Part shown: one piece after another, positions 17,301 through 23,584 of the stretch
Numbering within the stretch: position 1 is the stretch's first letter
Layout of the letters: each line of letters starts with the position of its first letter
Assembly: GCA_039679545.1 (NCBI GenBank)
Contig: JBDKUT010000099.1
Coordinates: forward strand, 1-23,584
Reading direction: 5' to 3'
DNA: 23,584 bases
Source of the DNA: Thermotogota bacterium
GTDB taxonomy: Bacteria; Bipolaricaulota; Bipolaricaulia; UBA7950; UBA9294
Notes under the pieces: model-generated
Told to the model about the DNA's origin: nothing
Seen by the model: the letters and a program-made list of their open reading frames with translations, nothing else
The model's database searches: none
Made by a program: the position numbers and the translations under genes

Positions 17301-18531
17301 TCGTCTCCGTCCGCGGGTCCTCGACGTACTGGTTGTGGAAGATGAACAGCTGCGCCGAGTCGAAGTCCGTGAAGATGAGCTTCCACAGGTTGGCGAAGAT
17401 GTAGACCCACAGCATCAAGATCGGCATCGGATCCTGGCGGCTCGAGATGTCGTCGGGGACTCGGCGATCGGCCCACCAAAGCTTCCGCAGTTGGCGCTCG
17501 CCGGACCAGTCCTTGAAGCTTCCGAGGTAGCTCTCGAGCAGCCAGACGAAGTCGCCAAAACCCATCTTGGTTCGGGTTCCGATGCGCGTTCCGGGAAGCT
17601 CCGCGGGGGCGTTGCCCGCCGCAATCTCGAGCCATGCGGGCACCATGTCGCAGCCGCCGTGATACGCCATGGCGATCGCCGGCGTGATTCGGCAGTTGCC
17701 GTCGACAAGGAACGGCTTCCCCGTGCCTTCCTGGATCACGAAGTCGAATCCACAGAACCCGCTGAACCTGAGATGCTTCACGATCCTCGCCGCGGCCGCC
17801 TGGCATGCGGGATCCGCCATGCTCTCCCGGCACACGGTGGTCCCACCCGTCCGAGGCATGGTGCGAACGCCTTGGTACATCACCTCGCCGATCACGCGGC
17901 CACGATCGCACAGGTGAAGGGTGCACGTCGTCGGACCCTCGATCAGCTCCTGGATCATCGGAAGGTCGCCCTCTGTGAGTTTGTTGACGCGCACGACCTC
18001 CTCGTATCCCTTCTTCAGACTCGCGCGGTCGTAGACCTTTCGGAATCCTGCCGCGCCCGAGGTTTTGCGCATCTTGATCACGACAGGGAGCTTGACGGAG
18101 TCCATCGTCTGATTCGCTTCCGCCAGGCTTTGCGGCGCGAACGTTTGAGGTGAGTCGATGCCGAGTTCCGCGGCCAGAACGCCGAGCCGGGTCTTGTCGT
18201 GCAACGCCATCAGGCTCTCCGTTTCCATCATCGACGTCTTCGTCGCCGCCACGACCCGATCTCGGTAATGGCTCATCAGGATGATCTCTTCGTAGGAAGG
18301 AAAGTAGTAGTCATACTTCCCGGACTCCAACTCCCGCAGCAGCGCCTCGGCGTATTCGTGCGGGGAGTACCGCATGTTGGGAAGTGGAACCCTGCGCGTG
18401 ACGTACTTCGAGAACCCTGCGTAGGCCAGCCGATGGCCCTCAGCGGCGTAGACCTCATGCCCCAGCTCTCCAAGTCGGCGGACGACGTGAACGGCGGCCG
18501 GCTCAAATAGACCCGTGATCAACACTCTCAT
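17290..18531 (-). CDS. ATP-grasp domain protein (putative carboxylate-amine ligase)
   Basis: MRVLITG...GHEVYAAE pre-grasp domain; LHDKTRL, PVVIK, MIQELIEG, GFCGFDFV...FLVDGNCR. Overlaps the LRR gene 3' end by 11 bp. Confidence 0.87.
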   Translation of the reverse strand: MRVLITGLFEPAAVHVVRRLGELGHEVYAAEGHRLAYAGFSKYVTRRVPLPNMRYSPHEYAEALLRELESGKYDYYFPSYEEIILMSHYRDRVVAATKTSMMETESLMALHDKTRLGVLAAELGIDSPQTFAPQSLAEANQTMDSVKLPVVIKMRKTSGAAGFRKVYDRASLKKGYEEVVRVNKLTEGDLPMIQELIEGPTTCTLHLCDRGRVIGEVMYQGVRTMPRTGGTTVCRESMADPACQAAAARIVKHLRFSGFCGFDFVIQEGTGKPFLVDGNCRITPAIAMAYHGGCDMVPAWLEIAAGNAPAELPGTRIGTRTKMGFGDFVWLLESYLGSFKDWSGERQLRKLWWADRRVPDDISSRQDPMPILMLWVYIFANLWKLIFTDFDSAQLFIFHNQYVEDPRTETTTA

Positions 18532-18684
18532 GGTCGAGACTCCAGGTTGTGGAGGGGCGGCTCGCCGCCGGGCAGACCGTTCCGGTCTCCTCCAGGATAG
18601 TGGCGGGTATTCTACCCTCAGTCTCGTCCCAGGCGCGAACCCGGCACCACCTCCCGGAGCCTCTTGGGCGTCCGGCGACGCCGA

Positions 18685-18906
18685 CTAGTTCCAAAACCCT
18701 TCCCCGAGTCTCGTGCTCAGCTCGTGCGCCAGTTCTCCCTGGTCGAGACCGTCACGCAGGCCAAGCTCGACCGCCCGCTTGACCCGAAGCCATGCCTTGC
18801 GTTGCAACTCAGCCCGATGAGCCTGGCGAAGCCTCTCCGCCTCCTGCAATCGGTCCTCGATCAGCCATCTCGGGGCGGTGCTGTGGATCAGATGCATATC
18901 GTACAT
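18685..18906 (-). CDS. Small hypothetical helical protein (73 aa)
   Basis: SD-like GGGAGGGG close to the ATG; charged helical sequence EDRLQEAERLRQAHRAE. Confidence 0.6.
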   Translation of the reverse strand: MYDMHLIHSTAPRWLIEDRLQEAERLRQAHRAELQRKAWLRVKRAVELGLRDGLDQGELAHELSTRLGEGFWN

Positions 18907-18925
18907 AGACCCCTCCCGCTACGTT

Positions 18926-18955
18926 CCGAAGTGATCGCCTAGGCGACCACTTCGG
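18926..18955. repeat. 30-bp near-perfect palindrome upstream of the 73-aa gene
   Basis: CCGAAGTGATCGCCTAGGCGACCACTTCGG; single mismatch (18934/18947), which is G-U on the minus-strand RNA. Confidence 0.75.
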
Positions 18956-19259
18956 CTCGTCTCGCTCTTCCGAAGCCTCCAGCCTACTTCTTGTCGTCCG
19001 TCGCTATTGCTTCACCCATATGTCGTTCATCCTGGGCCGATCGGTTCGTGGTCGCCCAACGAACTCCATCGCACGGCCGCCGGAGAGCCGTCACCAAAAA
19101 CCAAGACCACCTTGCTGGAGAAACCGCTTTCCCGCACCTTCCGCAACCGGTCCGCGGGCAACTCCGTGACGCACATCACACTCAAGCCGCCAACCATCGC
19201 ACGCTACAGAACCTAGCCCGATATAAGAGCGAGATGGGCGCACATAGGAGGTTTCTTTG

Positions 19260-19287
19260 TAGACACGAACTCTTCTCAGCATATACT
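19260..19287 (+). promoter_or_regulatory. Sigma70-type promoter for the riboswitch-led operon
   Basis: TAGACA (19260-19265), 16-bp spacer, TATACT (19282-19287); predicted start near 19294, just 5' of the aptamer. Confidence 0.6.
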
Positions 19288-19306
19288 AGCGGGTAGCGAA
19301 AGGTGT

Positions 19307-19412
19307 GGCTCTGAAAAGGGTAAACCTGCTGCAACGCAGGGGCACAAAGCTACGGGACCACGGTAACGGCAAGTACGAGGGGGAAGTCGGGGTCGGCCGG
19401 GCTGCCAGAGCT
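19307..19412 (+). ncRNA. Cyclic di-GMP-I (GEMM-I) riboswitch aptamer
   Basis: P1 GGCUCUG/CAGAGCU; GGUAAACC...GGGGCACAAAGC core; P2 CCUGC/GCAGG with a GCAA-containing loop; P3 with GACC/GGUC and 3' GCCGGGCUGCC. Vc2-equivalent ligand nucleotides G20 (19319), A47 (19346) and C92 (19405) are present. Confidence 0.9.
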
Positions 19413-19465
19413 GGGAGGGAAACAGGCTGTGGTGGCTCGGCTGCTCTTTGGGGCATGACGACGGA

Positions 19466-19503
19466 GGACGCCGCCGGACTTGGCGGGGTCCCCTTTCTCT
19501 TTT
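19466..19503 (+). terminator. Putative intrinsic terminator of the riboswitch expression platform
   Basis: GGAC-G-CCGCC/GGCGG-G-GTCC stem (19466-19491) then CCTTTCTCTTTT, about 50 nt before the first CDS. Confidence 0.6.
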
Positions 19504-19551
19504 CCCACGGGCGCCAAGCCGGCGGACGTGCAGCAAGGAAGGCGGAGAGCC

Positions 19552-19944
19552 GTGACGACAATCGACGAACGCGCTGTCACGACATCTACTGCGCGCAAGT
19601 TTGACGACCTGGCCGCGGCCTACCGGTCTGAGTGCGCGCACGGAGTTCCGATGTCGGTCCATGAACGATACGAGCGGCAACTCAGCTCTCTTCGCAGGAC
19701 GCTCCGCAGCGTTCCGACTCCCTGCCGTCTGGGCGATGTGCTCCAGCGCATGGGAGCGGTCGACGAGGAACACCTGACGAACGCGCTCGGCGTGCAGGCA
19801 GCAAGCGGGGGCGGGAAGCTACTCGGGGAGATCCTGATCGACCTTGGGTGGGCCAGCGAGCAAGCGATTCGGCACGCGGCCGAACTGCAAGCCGCGGCCT
19901 GTCAAGAGACCGAGGCGAGCATCGTGGGGGCAAGCAGGGAATGA
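19552..19944 (+). CDS. Stand-alone MshEN-domain protein (putative c-di-GMP receptor), 130 aa
   Basis: GTG after a purine-rich SD region; tandem motifs RLGDVLQRMGAVDEEHLTNALGVQ and LLGEILIDLGWASEQAIRHAAELQ fit RLGxx(L/V/I)(L/V/I)xxG(L/V/I)xxxxxLxxxLxxQ; no ATPase domain. Confidence 0.82.
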   Translation: MTTIDERAVTTSTARKFDDLAAAYRSECAHGVPMSVHERYERQLSSLRRTLRSVPTPCRLGDVLQRMGAVDEEHLTNALGVQAASGGGKLLGEILIDLGWASEQAIRHAAELQAAACQETEASIVGASRE

Positions 19945-19973
19945 CGAAGCGAGCGGAGGGCAAGGAGGCAGGC

Positions 19974-22900
19974 ATGAAGGTATGGGCGTTGCGGGGCTCA
20001 GTGTGGGTGGCCCTGCTCGTAGTCGCGGCCGCGGCGGGGTCCGCGCTAGGTGGAACAACGATCAACGTACCCACCCAGTACACCACGATCCAGGCGGCGA
20101 TCAACGCGGCGAGTGCTGGCGACACGATCGCGGTAGCAGCGGGAACGTACGCCGAGACACTCAGCATCTCGAAGTCGCTGAGCATCGTCGGTGCAGGAGC
20201 CCAGTTGGTCACGATCAATGTCGCGGGAAAGCCGGGGACGAACTCAAGCGGAATCTACGTGACCGCGAACGACGTCGCGCTTTCCGGCTTCACGCTCGTC
20301 GGGACGACGGCCTCAGCGTCTCCTCGGTACGGCATCAAGTACGGTGAAGTATCGGGCGGCGCTCTCTCCGATATCGTCGTTCAACAGATCTACCGCTCAG
20401 GGATCGACCTTCTTGGGAGCACCGACATGGCCGTGTCGAACGTTGTGTCGCAGAATAACGGAGGACACGGATTCTCGCTGACCGACTGCAAGAACATCAC
20501 GCTCTCGAATCTCACGACGAGGGGGAACGGGTGGCAGGCCGTGAGCGTAGCCACGTGGGGTTGCTACAGCTCGCTGGGAACGAGCGGGATTGTCTTCACA
20601 GGCACACTCGAGTTCACTGAGGTCTTCCAGCTCGAGCAGGGGAAGTACCCAAGCGGGCCGCCGGAGACGATCACGTTCAGCACGAACATAGCTGATGGAG
20701 CCGACGTCACGGTTCCTGCGGGGACGTTCTCCTATGCGCTCTTCGGAGACGACAACGAGGCGCCTTCCTACCAACGGGTGTACTTCGTCTCGAGCTTCGA
20801 CCAAGCGGCGACCGCGGCCGCCTATCCAGGAACGTTGGGTCACCTGAAGACAACAGGCCGCTACATCCAAAGCATCGTCGACCGAACGCAGCTATACGCG
20901 ACGCCCGGCTGCTCGGTGCGCGCCGCGGTTGAAGCCGGCCACGATGGGGATGTTGTGCACGTAGACGGGTCGACGTACACGGAGCAGGTCGTGATTGACG
21001 ACGACCTGAGTCTTGTCGGAGCCGGAAGCGGCACGATCATCGAGGCACCGAACACGCTGTCCGTCTACTTCCTAACCGGATCGAACAAGAACTACCCGAT
21101 CGTCTATGTCCACGACACGGACAACGCGCTGATCCAGGACCTGGTGGTCGACGGCCTCGGCAAGGGTAATGCGAACTACCGCTTCGTCGGCATCGGGTTC
21201 TACAACGCGGGCGGCACCGTCGACAACGTTGAGATCCGAAACATTGAGAACACGCCCTTCAGCGGCTCACAGCACGGCGTGGGCATCTACGCCTACAACG
21301 CCGATGGCACGCCGCGAACCCTGATCATCACCAGTTGCAGCATCCACGACTTTCAGAAGAACGCCATGGCGCTCCTGGGTGCAGGGCTCACCGTCGACGT
21401 GAGCGGCAACAACGTTGTGGTTGGAGAAGGCCGAACGGCGTCAATCGCTCAGAACGGAATCCAGGTCGGCAGCGGCGCCGGCGGGCGGATCGCAGACAAC
21501 GCCATCAGCGGCGTGTGGTACACCGGCACGTATTGGGGGTCGACCGGAATCCTGATCATTGGCGCAGAACCCGGCATCCAGATCCTGAGGAACACCGTCA
21601 CCGACTGCCAGATGGGAATCAACTCCGACACGGACCGGACCCTCGTCGAAGGGAACAGGGTCACCGGCTCCGAGTGGGCCGTCATCCTCTACGGCAACAA
21701 CAGCTCGGCCGTCGCGAACGACATCGAGGACAGCGCCTACGGCTTCTACGCCGACGGGGCCGAAGCGGAGATCGTCCGCAACGTGGTTCGGGGAGCGGAC
21801 TGGAGTGTGCTCCTGTATGGCGCGGACGCCGAGCTGCACTATAACAGCTTCTCAGGGAACGCGAACGGCTTCTACTCCGACCTTCCCGCCGACGCATCCC
21901 TGAACTGGTGGGGCGACTCCACGGGACCGGACTTTGACCAGGACATGGATGGATCCACGGAGTATGCGGGCCTCGGCGAGACAGTCTACGGCAGTGTGGT
22001 GTTCAGTCCGTGGCTGGCCCTTGACCCAGACGGCGACCCAAGCACGCCCGGCGTTCAGGTGACGGCTCCGATGCTGATCATCGTGGCTCCCGTGGGTCCT
22101 GAGCCGACGAACGGCTACCTCAACGCCGCAATCGTCGGGTCGAACAGCGCCGAGCTTCGGTACGCTGACACGATCTACGTCGAGCACGGAGCGTACGACG
22201 GGTCGGAGCCGATCACCCAGTCGGTAACGATCGTGAGCCAGCCGGGTTCCGCGTCCCACACGACCGTTACAGGCGCGATGAGCATCGGAAGCGGAGGTGT
22301 CAGCATCGGCCTGCCGCTTCAGGGACTGCGCATCAACGGCGACATCACCGTCGCGGATCTGGTCGACGCTGCCTCGGTCCACATCAACTGGTGCGACCTC
22401 TACGGGACAGCCACGAACAACGGCGACGGCACGCTCGACGCTCAGTACAACTTCTGGGGAACGCAGGAGGAAGCGGTCATCGATGCGCGCACGATTGGCG
22501 AGATCGACTACGCTCCGTACCTGCCGAAGAACGCGGACGATTCCTACGCGGACATCACGGCGCTCATCGACGCGGGCCTGGCTGGCAGTCTGAACGGCGC
22601 CGTCGACCAGCTGTGGACTTTGACCAGGATGGGCCAAGACGTCGGGACGTACATTGAGTACCAGGGCGTCGCCGGAGCCGGCGCGCTCCATGTCACTCCA
22701 TCGAACGGACAAGTGCTCGCGACCTTGCTTCCCGGTGGCGGCGGTGGTGCTGTCACCCAGACGGGCGTCGAGGGCGCGTACGTCGTCGGCGACAAGATCG
22801 CTGGGCAGATCCAGGTGACCGACCCAATGACCGGACTCCCGGTTTCCGACGCGATCGTCACGATCTCGCTCTTGAACTCGGAGTCGGGAGTTGTCTACTG

Positions 22901-23045
22901 GGGCGTCGCGACCTACGATGAGAACAGTGGTGGGTACGTATTTGAGGTGGATACGAGTGCGCTGGCGCCCGGAACCTACGAACTGATTATTCAGACGGAC
23001 GATGGAGAGACCCAGACGCTCTCAGTCGTGGTGGCGGAGGCGTAG
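19974..23045 (+). CDS. Large secreted right-handed parallel beta-helix (pectin lyase-like/NosD-type) surface protein with C-terminal Ig-like domain
   Basis: ATG after SD AAGGAGG (alternative in-frame ATG 19941 overlaps the MshEN stop); signal peptide; three cap motifs like IQAAINAASAGDTIAVAAGTYAE; Asn/Gly-rich repeats; DASLNWWG and DAQYNFWG motifs; GGGGG linker and terminal beta-sandwich (DTSALAPGTYELII). Confidence 0.88.
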   Translation: MKVWALRGSVWVALLVVAAAAGSALGGTTINVPTQYTTIQAAINAASAGDTIAVAAGTYAETLSISKSLSIVGAGAQLVTINVAGKPGTNSSGIYVTANDVALSGFTLVGTTASASPRYGIKYGEVSGGALSDIVVQQIYRSGIDLLGSTDMAVSNVVSQNNGGHGFSLTDCKNITLSNLTTRGNGWQAVSVATWGCYSSLGTSGIVFTGTLEFTEVFQLEQGKYPSGPPETITFSTNIADGADVTVPAGTFSYALFGDDNEAPSYQRVYFVSSFDQAATAAAYPGTLGHLKTTGRYIQSIVDRTQLYATPGCSVRAAVEAGHDGDVVHVDGSTYTEQVVIDDDLSLVGAGSGTIIEAPNTLSVYFLTGSNKNYPIVYVHDTDNALIQDLVVDGLGKGNANYRFVGIGFYNAGGTVDNVEIRNIENTPFSGSQHGVGIYAYNADGTPRTLIITSCSIHDFQKNAMALLGAGLTVDVSGNNVVVGEGRTASIAQNGIQVGSGAGGRIADNAISGVWYTGTYWGSTGILIIGAEPGIQILRNTVTDCQMGINSDTDRTLVEGNRVTGSEWAVILYGNNSSAVANDIEDSAYGFYADGAEAEIVRNVVRGADWSVLLYGADAELHYNSFSGNANGFYSDLPADASLNWWGDSTGPDFDQDMDGSTEYAGLGETVYGSVVFSPWLALDPDGDPSTPGVQVTAPMLIIVAPVGPEPTNGYLNAAIVGSNSAELRYADTIYVEHGAYDGSEPITQSVTIVSQPGSASHTTVTGAMSIGSGGVSIGLPLQGLRINGDITVADLVDAASVHINWCDLYGTATNNGDGTLDAQYNFWGTQEEAVIDARTIGEIDYAPYLPKNADDSYADITALIDAGLAGSLNGAVDQLWTLTRMGQDVGTYIEYQGVAGAGALHVTPSNGQVLATLLPGGGGGAVTQTGVEGAYVVGDKIAGQIQVTDPMTGLPVSDAIVTISLLNSESGVVYWGVATYDENSGGYVFEVDTSALAPGTYELIIQTDDGETQTLSVVVAEA

Positions 23046-23070
23046 TGGCGGCCATCAGCAAGGGGGAGGC

Positions 23071-23584
23071 ATGAAGAGACGGGCATGGGTGCTCGGACTG
23101 GCGACCGTGCTTCTGGCGACGGGAGTCGCCTACGGCGCCTCGACGAGCGTGACGTGGTCTTCCTGGCTGCAGATTGCCCTGCAGCCGGCGTTCGGACTCG
23201 GCGGGTTCGACTCGGCTCTTACGGTCGGCTACTCGATCGGCGGCTGGGGGTTGTCCTCGACGGCCCTCCTTAACAGAACCGGCCTCTGGGATGTCTTCTT
23301 CGACGCAGGCGGAGCGCTGGGTGGATTCGCGATCCGATCGATCGCCGACTTCGACGCGACGGCGCCGGCCCTACGCGCTTGGCTCTCCTCTCTGAGCACG
23401 GCAATCGCCGGGGTCCGCTTCTACGGGCTTCTCATGGTCGATGACGTGAACGCCGACACAGCCGCCGACCCATGGTTTGGAACCGGCGCTGCGCTCGGAG
23501 CCATCTGGGAGGGAGACAACCTCGCAGTCTGGACCCAGATCCAGTTCAACATGACGGATTCGTCGAGGTACGTCTACCTCTACG
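23071..23584 (+). CDS. Secreted beta-strand-rich protein, putative outer-membrane beta-barrel (partial)
   Basis: Not in ORF track; open to window end. SD GGGGGAGG; MKRRAWVLGLATVLLATGVAYGA signal peptide, then amphipathic aromatic/Gly strands (SALTVGYSIGGWGLSSTALL, DVFFDAGGALGGFAIRSIADFD, AVWTQIQFN). Confidence 0.75.
   Translation, partial: MKRRAWVLGLATVLLATGVAYGASTSVTWSSWLQIALQPAFGLGGFDSALTVGYSIGGWGLSSTALLNRTGLWDVFFDAGGALGGFAIRSIADFDATAPALRAWLSSLSTAIAGVRFYGLLMVDDVNADTAADPWFGTGAALGAIWEGDNLAVWTQIQFNMTDSSRYVYLY

Noticed and set aside
17290..18531. ATP-grasp gene as part of a mycosporine (MysC-like) or RiPP cluster
   Set aside because: No sugar-phosphate cyclase, adjacent O-methyltransferase or convincing precursor peptide; the 73-aa neighbour lacks graspetide core motifs.
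1..23584. tRNA, rRNA, CRISPR array, integrase or transposase
   Set aside because: No recognisable signatures found on either strand by eye.

Overview
GC-rich bacterial window. The secreted and envelope protein types suggest a Candidatus Bipolaricaulota-like organism (inference only). Left part: partial APH-like kinase, small membrane protein, mocA-xdhC molybdenum-cofactor maturation pair, a recombination scar (GNAT remnant plus a diverged second copy of the xdhC 3' end), a secreted YVTN beta-propeller protein, a frameshifted AbrB/SpoVT regulator before an ABC-2 exporter, and a GNAT-methyltransferase fusion. Middle: long SPFH/flotillin protein, lipoprotein serpin, orphan sensor kinase, ferritin-like protein, Cys-rich secreted protein, internalin-like LRR protein and an ATP-grasp enzyme. 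The most notable element is at the right end: sigma70-type promoter -> cyclic di-GMP-I (GEMM-I) riboswitch -> terminator-like hairpin -> stand-alone MshEN c-di-GMP-receptor protein -> ~1020-aa secreted beta-helix protein -> putative outer-membrane beta-barrel (truncated by the window). This looks like a surface-display/adhesion operon sensing c-di-GMP at both RNA and protein level. All calls come from reading motifs by eye; no database searches were run.
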